A stretch of 34,796 nucleotides of DNA from a virus (taxonomy: Duplodnaviria; Caudoviricetes). How positions within the stretch are numbered: the first letter of the stretch is position 1; every line of letters begins with the position of its first letter. The stretch lies in IMG/VR virus record IMGVR_UViG_3300025502_000082, positions 1 through 34,796 of that record; one strand, 5' to 3'. Shown here piece by piece: positions 24,226 through 33,025 of this stretch. A program made the position numbers and the translations under genes. Under the pieces are notes generated by a model, which worked only from the letters and a program-made list of their open reading frames with translations, did no database searches and was not told where the DNA came from.

Positions 24226-25589
24226 GTGCGTATCAAAAATTCCTACGAGATAAGCAGTTCATGACTCAAACAAGCGGCTTTGATGCTGATTTATCTGAGT
24301 ACCCTTTGTTCGATTACCAGATAGATATAGTCCGATGGTCCTGCCATCGAGGGAAGGCGGCTGTTTTTGCTGACACGGGCATGGGTAAAACGATCATGCA
24401 GCTTGCATGGGCCGACCAGGTTGCAAGGCATACCGGTAACCCTGTATTGATCTTGGCCCCACTGGCCGTATCAGACCAGACGATTGCAGAGGGCGCAAAG
24501 TTTGGCATCCATGTTGATAGATACCGTTTTGCTGACGTTTTTGGTCCTCATATTTATGTGACCAATTACGAGCAGCTGCACAACGTCAATGCAGACCAGT
24601 TCGATGGTGTTGTGTTGGACGAGTCCAGCATTTTGAAGGGAATGCAGGGCAAGGTTCGCAAGCAAGTCACAAGCATGTTTTCGGCTACGCCATACCGGCT
24701 TAGCTGCACGGCCACACCTTCTCCCAATGATTTCATGGAGCTTGGCACTCAGTCCGAGTTCTTGGGGATTATGTCTCAGGTTGAAATGCTGGCGATGTTT
24801 TTCATCCATGACGGTAGCGACACAAGCAAATGGAGATTGAAGGGCCACGGCAGGCGCAAGTTCTTCGAGTGGCTGGCGACTTGGGCGGTATTCATCAGCA
24901 AGCCTTCTGACCTTGGGTATTCCGATGATGGGCATGAATTGCCGGAGCTGATATTTCACGAGCACGTCATTGATTCAGGTATCACAGAAGGATTATTCGC
25001 GCCGGTTGCGACTGGGCTGCTAGACAGGAACCGAGCAAGAAAAGACACGGTTGATGCGCGTGTTGAGCAGGCTTCGATAATCGCCAATGGGATCAATGGG
25101 CAGGTTCTTGTCTGGTGTCACCTGAACAACGAAAGCGAGAAATTATCAGATGCGATTGATGGGGCTGTAGAGGTGACAGGTTCCGACCCCGCTGCACACA
25201 AGTCGGCAACCATGCTGGGCTTTGCGAGTGGTGATGTTCCGGTTCTTGTGAGCAAGCCAAAAATCGCAGGGTTTGGCATGAACTGGCAGAACTGCAATCA
25301 CGTTGTCTTTGTTGGCCTTTCCGACTCATGGGAGCAGTTCTATCAAGCGGTGCGTAGATGTTGGCGCTACGGGCAAACCAAGCCCGTACATGTTCACATT
25401 GTTAGCGCCGATGTTGAGGGTGGAGTGCTTGCGAACATTAAACGCAAAGAGTCGCAGCATAAAGAATTGAAGAAAGAAATGATCGCCATTATGCGCGACA
25501 AGACGCTGGCCCAGCTTGGCAGGGCACAACAAGAAAAAACCCAATACCAGCCAGAATTGAGCATGGAGATACCATCATGGATTCAGTAA
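24222..25589 (+). CDS. SNF2-like superfamily 2 helicase/ATPase
   Basis: LFDYQ, DTGMGKT, LDESS, TATPSPND, GFGMNWQ, QAVRRCWRYGQ. Confidence 0.9.
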   Translation: MSAYQKFLRDKQFMTQTSGFDADLSEYPLFDYQIDIVRWSCHRGKAAVFADTGMGKTIMQLAWADQVARHTGNPVLILAPLAVSDQTIAEGAKFGIHVDRYRFADVFGPHIYVTNYEQLHNVNADQFDGVVLDESSILKGMQGKVRKQVTSMFSATPYRLSCTATPSPNDFMELGTQSEFLGIMSQVEMLAMFFIHDGSDTSKWRLKGHGRRKFFEWLATWAVFISKPSDLGYSDDGHELPELIFHEHVIDSGITEGLFAPVATGLLDRNRARKDTVDARVEQASIIANGINGQVLVWCHLNNESEKLSDAIDGAVEVTGSDPAAHKSATMLGFASGDVPVLVSKPKIAGFGMNWQNCNHVVFVGLSDSWEQFYQAVRRCWRYGQTKPVHVHIVSADVEGGVLANIKRKESQHKELKKEMIAIMRDKTLAQLGRAQQEKTQYQPELSMEIPSWIQ

Positions 25590-26545
25590 TCGACCAAGTC
25601 ATCACCAACAACTACGCGATTTATAACGGAGACTCGGTTGAAGTTGTCGCAGGGCTTCCTGATAACAGCGTGGACTTCCAGATATATAGCCCACCATTCG
25701 CCAGCCTGTATACCTACAGCAACAGCGACAGGGACATGGGGAATGTCAAAGACGATAAAGAGTTCTTCGAGCATTTCAGGTTCTTGGTGGCAGATCTGTA
25801 TCGCAGCTTGAAGCCAGGGCGACTCATGGCTGTTCACTGTATGAATCTGCCGACAAGTAAACAGAATGACGGGTTTATCGGCATTAAAGATTTCAGGGGC
25901 GATTTAATCCGATCATTTCAGGACGCCGGTTTTATCTATCACTCAGAAGTCTGCATATGGAAAGACCCAGTGATCGCCATGCAGCGCACAAAAGCGCTCG
26001 GGTTGCTTCATAAGCAAGTGAAAAAAGACTCAACCATGAGCCGCCAGGGTATACCTGATTATTTGGTGGTGATGCGTAAGCCTGGGGATAATGAGAATCC
26101 CGTATCTGGCGAGTTCACGCATTACGTTGGCGACAACCCACCTATGGGGTTTAAAGGCCACCAATACAGCGATGGCCGGTGGTATTTCGTTCCCGGCGCT
26201 CAGGGAACAAGCATTGACGTTTGGCAGCAATACGCAAGCCCTATATGGGACGATATAAACCAGACCAACACCCTGAATTTTCGAGAAGGCAGGGACAGCG
26301 ATGATGAGCGCCACATTTGCCCGTTACAGCTTGACGTTATAGAGCGCGCCATGCAGCTCTGGACAAAGAAAGGCGATACAGTTCTGACGCCTTTCCTTGG
26401 AATAGGCAGCGAGGCTTACATGGCTGTAAAGATGGGGAGGAAGGCTATCGGTTGTGAGTTAAAGGCATCGTACTTTGACCTTGCCCGCAGAAACATGCTG
26501 AGCGCAGAGGAATCCCAATATGACATTTTTGGCGGTGCAGCATGA
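25577..26545 (+). CDS. Beta-class N4-C/N6-A DNA methyltransferase
   Basis: Motif IV-like YSPPF N-terminal; HICPLQ; motif I TPFLGIGSE; G.ELK.SY. Confidence 0.88.
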   Translation: MDSVIDQVITNNYAIYNGDSVEVVAGLPDNSVDFQIYSPPFASLYTYSNSDRDMGNVKDDKEFFEHFRFLVADLYRSLKPGRLMAVHCMNLPTSKQNDGFIGIKDFRGDLIRSFQDAGFIYHSEVCIWKDPVIAMQRTKALGLLHKQVKKDSTMSRQGIPDYLVVMRKPGDNENPVSGEFTHYVGDNPPMGFKGHQYSDGRWYFVPGAQGTSIDVWQQYASPIWDDINQTNTLNFREGRDSDDERHICPLQLDVIERAMQLWTKKGDTVLTPFLGIGSEAYMAVKMGRKAIGCELKASYFDLARRNMLSAEESQYDIFGGAA

Positions 26546-26607
26546 CTGATCTGCGCGGGGTATTCACCAAGCGCCGGTCTGCGGCCGATGTGGGGGTGGC
26601 AGCATGA
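26542..26607 (+). pseudogene. 21-codon coupled mini-ORF, possible internally deleted gene
   Basis: ATGA overlaps at both ends; contains the RBS for the next gene. Confidence 0.35.
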
Positions 26608-26900
26608 GCAAAAAAATACGCCAAGCTGTGCTGTCATCGCGCTACTACAATAGCGGCGACCCCTTCAAGGCATCTGACATCCACAACGGGCTGAAAATTA
26701 ACGGCAAAACACTCGCGCTCAACTCGATTAAAAAAGAAATCTCCGAGATGAAGACTGACGGCTATGTGGAGCTGATACCCCGCGAGTCACACGATGAGAG
26801 TGCCCGCTATGTGCGCAAGCACCGGCCCGAGGAAGTGTCGGTTAGCCACTCATGGCGCACGCGATGGGATATACCCGGCTGCTCTCCGGTGTGGTGCTGA
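26604..26900 (+). CDS. Hypothetical protein, possible winged helix
   Basis: Operon position; pattern F.ASDI...L......SI...ISEM...GYV. Confidence 0.65.
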   Translation: MSKKIRQAVLSSRYYNSGDPFKASDIHNGLKINGKTLALNSIKKEISEMKTDGYVELIPRESHDESARYVRKHRPEEVSVSHSWRTRWDIPGCSPVWC

Positions 26901-26901
26901 T

Positions 26902-27186
26902 ATGCGGAAACTCATCTACAGAGACGACATTGCATTGGCTATGGAGTTGAGAGTTTGGGGCGCGGAGTGGAAGCAAATCGGCAGGGGCTTGGGGTATCAC
27001 CATGAGTCAATCCGCAGGGCTGTTCAGCGCGCAGAGCGTTGCGGATACGCCGCCACGACAGTACGCGGCACAGATCAAGGCGCTATCGACACTGAAGGCG
27101 AGGCGGGAGGCGTTGGAGAGAGTCCCGTCGCATTTGCGTGGGCTGGTAGAGACATACTTGCGGCTTGCTTGGGAGCGCAGGCGTGA
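26902..27186 (+). CDS. Hypothetical HTH-like protein
   Basis: IALAMELR..G..WKQI.RGLG. Confidence 0.55.
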   Translation: MRKLIYRDDIALAMELRVWGAEWKQIGRGLGYHHESIRRAVQRAERCGYAATTVRGTDQGAIDTEGEAGGVGESPVAFAWAGRDILAACLGAQA

Positions 27187-27190
27187 CTAA
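27002..27190 (+). CDS. Hypothetical phage protein (PRQYAAQI...RREALERVP.HLR.LV)
   Basis: Resembles small proteins of Pseudomonas-type prophage nin regions. Confidence 0.55.
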   Translation: MSQSAGLFSAQSVADTPPRQYAAQIKALSTLKARREALERVPSHLRGLVETYLRLAWERRRD

Positions 27191-27629
27191 GTGGGACTTG
27201 AGCAACGAGACAATGGTGGAGCGCTTTCTGGCGCATGTGGGTACTTTGCGGCTATCGGGCAAGCGAGCCGTGGTTGAGTTCGTGCCGGAGTCTCGCAGTC
27301 TGGATCAGAACCAAATGATTCACGCGGTGTACAAGCAAGTGGCCAGCCAGAAAGCAGACGAATCGTTTAACGACATTCGGTGCCACTGCAAGCTCCACCA
27401 CGGTGTGCCGATCAAGCGCCGGGATGACGAAACCTTTTTGTATGTCTATGACACCGCAATCAAGCACCTGCCCTATGAGTTCAAGCTGAAATTTATTGAT
27501 GCCTACCCAGTGACCAGCGACATGAGCAAGAAGCAGGCAAGCGAATACATTGACGAGATTATCAGGGAATACAGCCAGCAAGGTCTGTGCCTGATACACC
27601 CAAGCGAGGCGCAATCATGGGCCGCATAA
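27183..27629 (+). CDS. NinB/YbcN-like protein
   Basis: RSLDQN..IH, CKL.HGVPI, TS.MSKKQ.SEY.D.I. Confidence 0.75.
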   Translation: MTKWDLSNETMVERFLAHVGTLRLSGKRAVVEFVPESRSLDQNQMIHAVYKQVASQKADESFNDIRCHCKLHHGVPIKRRDDETFLYVYDTAIKHLPYEFKLKFIDAYPVTSDMSKKQASEYIDEIIREYSQQGLCLIHPSEAQSWAA

Positions 27630-27811
27630 ACGTAGTGCCAGACACCAGCCCAGCGCCAAGCATAAGCGAGCGCAAGGCTAAGGACAGGGCAGACATTGAG
27701 CGCCAGACTGCTGAGTATCTGTCAAGCGGCAAGCACGTTCAGCTAGTTGGCTCGGAGTTAAACCGCTGCCCTGTGTACCTGACGAACACGACTCTGAGGC
27801 CGAATAAGTGA
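27617..27811 (+). CDS. SutA-like RNA-polymerase-binding small protein
   Basis: PSI..RK.KDR.DIE.Q..EYLS.GK.VQ.V resembles the SutA core KQKERDAL...EEFL.RGGKVQ. Confidence 0.55.
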   Translation: MGRINVVPDTSPAPSISERKAKDRADIERQTAEYLSSGKHVQLVGSELNRCPVYLTNTTLRPNK

Positions 27812-28365
27812 GCAAGGCCAAGGTGTGCAAGGTGTGCAAGGCTGACTTTAATCCCATGCGTTCGCTCCAATCCGTATGCGGCCCAAGGTGCGCCGTGAAG
27901 CACTCAGGCCTAACCAACGGCAAGGCCAGAGAGAAAGCCGCCCAGAAGGCACACAGGGCGCGCAAGGACGCTATCAAGACTCGGGCAGATTGGGCCAAGG
28001 AAGCGCAAAAGGAGTTTAACCTATTCATTCGGGCGCGTGACGCTCACCAGCCCTGCATATCGTGCGGGCAGTCACCCAATCAGGGCCAGCGCCATGCGAG
28101 CCATTACCGATCGGTTGCGGCTGCAAGCCACCTTCGCTTCAACGCATGGAACGTCCACGCAAGCTGCGCTCAGTGCAACAGTATGAAGTCGGGCAACGTG
28201 GTTGAGTACCGGATAGCACTGGTGCGGAAGATTGGGCAGGACAGGGTGGAAAGCCTTGAGTACAGCAATGATCCGCGCACCTTTGATATTGACGAACTGA
28301 AGCGAATCAAGCGGATCTTCACCCGCAGGGCGAAACACTACAAGAAACTCAGGGGAATCGCATGA
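27808..28365 (+). CDS. ninG: NinG/Rap junction endonuclease
   Basis: CKVC..F.P....Q.VCG..CA, AQK.FN.FIR.RD...PCISCG, HYRS....HLRF...N.H..C..CN...SGN..EYR..L..KIG. Confidence 0.93.
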   Translation: MSKAKVCKVCKADFNPMRSLQSVCGPRCAVKHSGLTNGKAREKAAQKAHRARKDAIKTRADWAKEAQKEFNLFIRARDAHQPCISCGQSPNQGQRHASHYRSVAAASHLRFNAWNVHASCAQCNSMKSGNVVEYRIALVRKIGQDRVESLEYSNDPRTFDIDELKRIKRIFTRRAKHYKKLRGIA

Positions 28366-28487
28366 GCTTATGGCAGTGGACTCTAGTAATCGTACTGACG
28401 CCGCCAGTGGTGGTGACAGCGTTCTACTTGATTCGAGCGGGGATTGTGTTGCTGGCTATGTGGATGGATGACAAATGGAAACAATAA
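28362..28487 (+). CDS. 41-aa membrane peptide
   Basis: Read manually; overlaps ninG stop; hydrophobic. Confidence 0.5.
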   Translation: MSLWQWTLVIVLTPPVVVTAFYLIRAGIVLLAMWMDDKWKQ

Positions 28488-28729
28488 GAATCGTATCTAC
28501 CGGCGGCGTGTCTATTGACACCCAAGTTTACGGTAGTGACGGGGTGGCGATTAAGGGGGTAACCAACCTGTGCCTTACTTTCCCAATTGATGGGCCGGTA
28601 TTGGCAAGAATCTCTATTGGTATGGCTGGCGTAGATGTTGAGGCGCACCCGCTGCTTTCAATCGAAACGTTAATGGAAGCGGCTGAGCACTACGGATTGG
28701 AGTTGGTGGATAAAAAATGGAAGCCATGA
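28475..28729 (+). CDS. Hypothetical protein
   Basis: ORF in operon orientation, overlaps neighbours. Confidence 0.65.
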   Translation: METIRIVSTGGVSIDTQVYGSDGVAIKGVTNLCLTFPIDGPVLARISIGMAGVDVEAHPLLSIETLMEAAEHYGLELVDKKWKP

Positions 28730-28875
28730 ACTGCCCGTATTGCGGCCATAAGGTGACGGCCTGCATCAATGCCCAGGCTGGTATGCAAGTCAGAGCTTGG
28801 TGGTGCCAGTCCTGCAACTGGACTGATAGGGCGATAGGGCGGGAGCGGCTGATGGGGGTGGAGAATGAGCAATGA
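28726..28875 (+). CDS. 49-aa zinc-ribbon protein
   Basis: Read manually: MNCPYCG...WWCQSCNW. Confidence 0.65.
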   Translation: MNCPYCGHKVTACINAQAGMQVRAWWCQSCNWTDRAIGRERLMGVENEQ

Positions 28876-29230
28876 CGTGCAGAGCGTACTGATACGATGG
28901 GGTAAGAGTCGAACAATCAATGACGCCAGCCACCTTGATTACTCGCACGAAACGCCATTCTCTCGGCTGAGCAAAAGCGGCGGTTGGGGCGTAAAGCTGC
29001 CAGCTCTGGATGATGAGACGCATGGGCAGGTTGACGTAGTGGTTTCTCAATTACACAAGGTAGATGAGTATCGTCACGCTGTGATCGTTATGTCTTACGT
29101 CCACTGCTGTAGTGACGCAGTGATTGCTAGAGCGCTCACCAGAGAAACCCATGTGCGCCACACTCGCCACCATGTGCGGGATATTCGGCATCGTGCAGAG
29201 GGCTGGATTGAGTCAAGATTGGGGGCTTGA
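28865..29230 (+). CDS. Q: Late antiterminator Q
   Basis: L.RWG, D.....VD..V..L, Y........IAR, AEGWI; last early gene, followed by promoter and terminators. Confidence 0.82.
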   Translation: MSNDVQSVLIRWGKSRTINDASHLDYSHETPFSRLSKSGGWGVKLPALDDETHGQVDVVVSQLHKVDEYRHAVIVMSYVHCCSDAVIARALTRETHVRHTRHHVRDIRHRAEGWIESRLGA

Positions 29231-29254
29231 CTGTCGCACCAAATAGGGCATACT
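29227..29254 (+). promoter_or_regulatory. Late promoter pR'-like
   Basis: TTGACT-16 nt-CATACT directly after Q. Confidence 0.6.
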
Positions 29255-29284
29255 TTGTCACAGTAGACTAATTGACACCCAAAG

Positions 29285-29308
29285 AACCCGCCGCGTGCGG
29301 GTTTTTTT
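29285..29308 (+). terminator. tR'-like terminator
   Basis: AACCCGC-cgcgt-GCGGGTT plus T-tract. Confidence 0.78.
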
Positions 29309-29349
29309 GTGCCTGAACCTTGATGGATGGGAGTCGCTACCTATCCCTT

Positions 29350-29372
29350 GCCCCTTAACTGGGGCTTTTTTC
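29350..29372 (+). terminator. Second late-leader terminator
   Basis: GCCCC-ttaact-GGGGC plus T-tract. Confidence 0.7.
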
Positions 29373-29480
29373 TTCTAATTCGCTTTGTGTCTGGAGACTC
29401 CGAGCGGATCACTCGCCACGTCTGATCACCAGGCTAACCACTGGGGCGTTGGCGGGTGCCTATTAATTGCAAGGAAGCCG

Positions 29481-29801
29481 ATGAGTATTAAACCAGAAAG
29501 ATCAGAGCAGCGTGAGGAATGGCACAAGGCCAAGATTTTCTCTGTCGCCCACCTGCTGGCAACGCTGGCAGCAATTTCTGGCGGCATTGGGTTTGTGTAT
29601 GTGTTCGGGCAAGAGTTCGGCGTGATGAAGTCGGACGTGGCGCGCAACAAGGTTGAGATTCGGTATCTGCAAGAGAGTCAGACAGAGCGTGAAAACCAGT
29701 TGAATGCGCACCTATCCAGTATGCGAGTCGAGCAAAAGCAGGACTTGCAGCGCATTGAGGACAAGGTTGATCGGCTGATTGATCGGGAGCTTAGGAAGTA
29801 G
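29481..29801 (+). CDS. Single-TM coiled-coil lysis-cassette protein (holin/antiholin candidate)
   Basis: One TM helix then coiled coil ending L.RIEDKVDRLI; precedes endolysin. Confidence 0.65.
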   Translation: MSIKPERSEQREEWHKAKIFSVAHLLATLAAISGGIGFVYVFGQEFGVMKSDVARNKVEIRYLQESQTERENQLNAHLSSMRVEQKQDLQRIEDKVDRLIDRELRK

Positions 29802-30265
29802 TGACACCCGATCACCTGCTAACGCTGGCGATCATACCGGCTCTGTCGATACTGCCAGAGCGCATGGATTCGACGCCTGCTAGGGCGATGCTGATAGCGA
29901 TTGCATTGCAGGAGTCTGGTTTACGCCATAGGGTTCAAGTTGGCGGGCCTGCTCGCGGGTTCTTTCAGTTTGAGCAGATCGGCGTTGCAGGTGTTCAGCG
30001 GCACCACAGTACGCAAGAGTTTGCGGCTGGGTTAAATCAGACGTTCCTATACAGCCCCAACGAAGTCTACAGGGCGATTGAACACAATGACGTACTAGCA
30101 TCGGCATACGCACGGCTGCTCCTGTGGAGTCTGCCAGACGCCTTACCGGGTGGGCGGGTGGATTCAGATTATGCGCTGGGCTTGTACCTAAAGGCATGGC
30201 GTCCAGGTAAGCCTCGTCCAGAGCACTGGGATAGTAATTGGCGGGCAGCATGGGCTGGATTGTAA
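29801..30265 (+). CDS. Endolysin (lysozyme-like fold)
   Basis: AML.AIALQESG...R.Q.GGPARGFFQFE, D.LA...ARLLLW..P..LP, Y...WRPGKP. Confidence 0.85.
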   Translation: MTPDHLLTLAIIPALSILPERMDSTPARAMLIAIALQESGLRHRVQVGGPARGFFQFEQIGVAGVQRHHSTQEFAAGLNQTFLYSPNEVYRAIEHNDVLASAYARLLLWSLPDALPGGRVDSDYALGLYLKAWRPGKPRPEHWDSNWRAAWAGL

Positions 30266-30492
30266 AAGCATGGCAATGGCTGGTGCTCACGCTGTCGTCA
30301 AAAATGCTGTTTCGCCGCGCAATCATGGTGTCGGCAGTCGTGTACTTCGGCGTGCTGGGCTGGCGAGTGATGGCCCCCGAGATTCTGCTAGTAATTCAAA
30401 CCCCTGGTGCAGTGTTGGCGGGTTCAGTGTTCGCTATGCTGTCCGTGATTGTCGGGCTTTATCAGTATTTACGGAGCAAAGATGGTGATTGA
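30250..30492 (+). CDS. Putative holin (two TM helices)
   Basis: Two hydrophobic segments, charged C-terminus, adjacent to endolysin. Confidence 0.65.
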   Translation: MGWIVKAWQWLVLTLSSKMLFRRAIMVSAVVYFGVLGWRVMAPEILLVIQTPGAVLAGSVFAMLSVIVGLYQYLRSKDGD

Positions 30493-30744
30493 CATTACCC
30501 AGCCCAACATGGCATCTCTGAGACAGAGTGCGAGGTTACAAAGGCACACGGTGATCTGTCTGACGCAATCAATGTCGAGATTGGTTTGCGGGCCAGATCA
30601 ATGGGCTATCACACAATGCGCTTTGCTGTGACTGCGGGCGGCTTTGTTAGCCGTTGGGCAGTGTACGAAGAAACGAGAAACGGCATGGACTACTACCGCG
30701 TGGATTTAGTGAAGGCGATTGCACTGTATGAGGGGCGGGTATGA
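30493..30744 (+). pseudogene. Start-less 83-codon open frame in frame with the holin stop
   Basis: HYPAQHGISETECEVTKAHG...YEGRV; its stop overlaps the next ATG. Confidence 0.45.
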
Positions 30745-30986
30745 AGGATTATTTGATCCGTATTTTTGATGCGCTTTCGCAGCTTGGAAATTGCATTATC
30801 TACCCATCAACCGGGACGCCAAACCACAGTATTAGTGGTGACGCATACCGCTACGGGCGAGTAAAAACCGAATATTTGATTGACTTGCTGTTCAGCCCAA
30901 TTGAGCGCGATCACTGCAAGGTCTCTCACGAAGCCGATATTAGTAGGGCAGCGAGACTGCTCAGCGAGACAGGACGAACACGATGA
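30741..30986 (+). CDS. Conserved small phage protein usually found next to fibre genes
   Basis: DA.SQL.N......PN.SIS...Y.......ID.LF......HC. Confidence 0.7.
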   Translation: MKDYLIRIFDALSQLGNCIIYPSTGTPNHSISGDAYRYGRVKTEYLIDLLFSPIERDHCKVSHEADISRAARLLSETGRTR

Positions 30987-31642
30987 CACTCAAAGAATTC
31001 CTCGCTACTGCGAACGAAGATCACGCCATAGCACTGACAGAGGCGCAAGCGTACACAGTGCAAGTCCCGAAGTTGTACACGGCCAACGTGATGACCCTCA
31101 TGCTCGTAGGCGCTGGGGTCTATGGCTTGCTTTCTGATACAGCACAGGACACTAACAGTCCTGTACGAGACATTTGCATGGCGTTGATGGATCGCTTGCG
31201 TAGCGAAGGTGAGTTCAACTTGGCTCCATCAGAGTCGATGGGCCAAGCCAATATTGCTATGCTAGATGGTTTGATCGCTGGCTTACCCGACTACGCGGCG
31301 CAGTTCAATGGCCTCAAGGCACAGCTGGTGGCCGGTGCTGAAGAAGATGCACGGTATCCTTTTACAGGAACGACTTTTTACACTGTGGTTACCGCCCGAG
31401 GCGTATGCCCCACTGTGGTTGTCACGTTTAATGAGCAAGGCTTTGTGCTGGTCACAGCGACTAACAACTGCCCGGAGCACTCACCTGCAATCCACGGAAT
31501 GAACCCACGCACTAATCGTAGTGAGCGTGTTGGCTTTCTGCGAAACGTATCAGCAGCAGGTATTTATGAGTGCCGCATTGCTCACGAGCATAGGGGTTGG
31601 GTATTGAGCCTAGATAATCCCTACGGCGTGTTTGGGGAATAA
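30983..31642 (+). CDS. Hypothetical protein of fibre module
   Basis: 219-aa ORF, AGGA RBS, coupled. Confidence 0.7.
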   Translation: MTLKEFLATANEDHAIALTEAQAYTVQVPKLYTANVMTLMLVGAGVYGLLSDTAQDTNSPVRDICMALMDRLRSEGEFNLAPSESMGQANIAMLDGLIAGLPDYAAQFNGLKAQLVAGAEEDARYPFTGTTFYTVVTARGVCPTVVVTFNEQGFVLVTATNNCPEHSPAIHGMNPRTNRSERVGFLRNVSAAGIYECRIAHEHRGWVLSLDNPYGVFGE

Positions 31643-31645
31643 GCT

Positions 31646-33025
31646 GTGGCTCAGTATTTTACTGATTACTCGCCAAACCCTGTCGGAGGGATAGACAATT
31701 ACCCTACTATAACGCAGTGGACGCCAAGAGTTTGGTATACAACCAGTGGTTGGAGCATCACCTTAAATGATGGGGGCCCAAGCCGCTATCTGTTAGTGAG
31801 CGCATCAGGTGCCCGCAAAGCGGCTACTTACAATGAAGTGCCTGACGTAGCAGACGTTGATCTGTATGCTAAAATACGGGTTAACTCAGATGCTCAAGCG
31901 AAATCCGCGTTCCTTTGCGCACGCTTAGACAGAGCGAAAAACTTAAGTAATAATGATTCAAGCACTCACTTTTATTATGCGGGCGTAAGTGAGGACACGC
32001 TGTACATAAATAAGTACGTGGACGGCGCGTTCGGTTCAATATCTACGCTTGGTATAACCGCTCTCTCCCTTACAAAAGCGTTTTGTATAAGGTTTTCTGT
32101 AGTTGGTAGCTCTTTATCCCTAAAAGTATGGGAGGCCGATATTACAGAACCTGCAGGCTGGGACTTAGTAGGTACTGACACAAGCATTCCCGAAGCGGGG
32201 GCAGTCGGTATTGTTATGAATGCTTTTAGTCCTGCTGAATCCCTTAGGCACTTAGAATATGGCGTAGGCACCGGGGGAAATCCAGCACCTAAGGCCACTG
32301 TACCCGCACAGTTCGCAGAACTGCGCTACGCTCAGACAAAAACTGAATTCCGGACGTCGAGCACTTCGATAGTAGTGCCTATAGACGCTAGGGTGCAGGC
32401 GGGAGATTTATTGCTTATTCCGTATTACGCGCGAGCCGATATTAGTGCTCCTGCTGGATATACTAAAACTGGGGAAGTAATTGGGGGATTTGTCAATCAG
32501 CGAACCGGGTTGATGTGGAAAATTGCTGATGGAAGTGAAGCTGGAACTTCTCTAACGCTGACACAGGCTTCTGCTGCAAGAATGGAGGCACTGGTTTTAG
32601 GTTATAAAACTGCCGCAACCCTTGAATTTGCTAATTCCGATTCGTCCTTAGGTACTAGTTTTTCTGCTGTTTTAGAACAGACTACTGCAAGTAGAGCATT
32701 GTCTATTGTGTTTGCTGTAAATGGGTACGCTAACAGTAACTCGTTTCCTTTTTCTCAACATTACTCATCAGATGATGAATATTTAGCAGTAAATACAGAC
32801 ACGCATTCAACCTCAGATAGCAACAGACTGCAGGTGTATCAGGGAGTTTTTTCCGCTGCGGACACTCAAAATATACAGTTAGATACTTCTGGTACTCGCA
32901 ACCGGATTGCGATCATGGTTAATTTCACCGAGATTGCAGGGGTACTGACACCCGCACTTTCCCTTGTCTTCGCTAACAGCATCACAGCCACCAGCGCGGT
33001 TCCTAACGTCACGGTGACCTTCTAA
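31646..33025 (+). CDS. Putative adhesin/receptor-binding protein with ConA-like beta-sandwich
   Basis: IRF.V.G..L..KVW....EP..W....TD.SI...G.VG motif; second beta domain GDLLL......P.G; visibly more AT-rich. Confidence 0.65.
   Translation: MAQYFTDYSPNPVGGIDNYPTITQWTPRVWYTTSGWSITLNDGGPSRYLLVSASGARKAATYNEVPDVADVDLYAKIRVNSDAQAKSAFLCARLDRAKNLSNNDSSTHFYYAGVSEDTLYINKYVDGAFGSISTLGITALSLTKAFCIRFSVVGSSLSLKVWEADITEPAGWDLVGTDTSIPEAGAVGIVMNAFSPAESLRHLEYGVGTGGNPAPKATVPAQFAELRYAQTKTEFRTSSTSIVVPIDARVQAGDLLLIPYYARADISAPAGYTKTGEVIGGFVNQRTGLMWKIADGSEAGTSLTLTQASAARMEALVLGYKTAATLEFANSDSSLGTSFSAVLEQTTASRALSIVFAVNGYANSNSFPFSQHYSSDDEYLAVNTDTHSTSDSNRLQVYQGVFSAADTQNIQLDTSGTRNRIAIMVNFTEIAGVLTPALSLVFANSITATSAVPNVTVTF

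Noticed and set aside
4973-29308. Three near-identical CCCGC-N4/5-GCGGGTTTTTTT elements (4973, 8103, 29285) as a novel repeat family
   Set aside because: Common intrinsic-terminator sequence in proteobacterial phages, consistent with Q-dependent read-through
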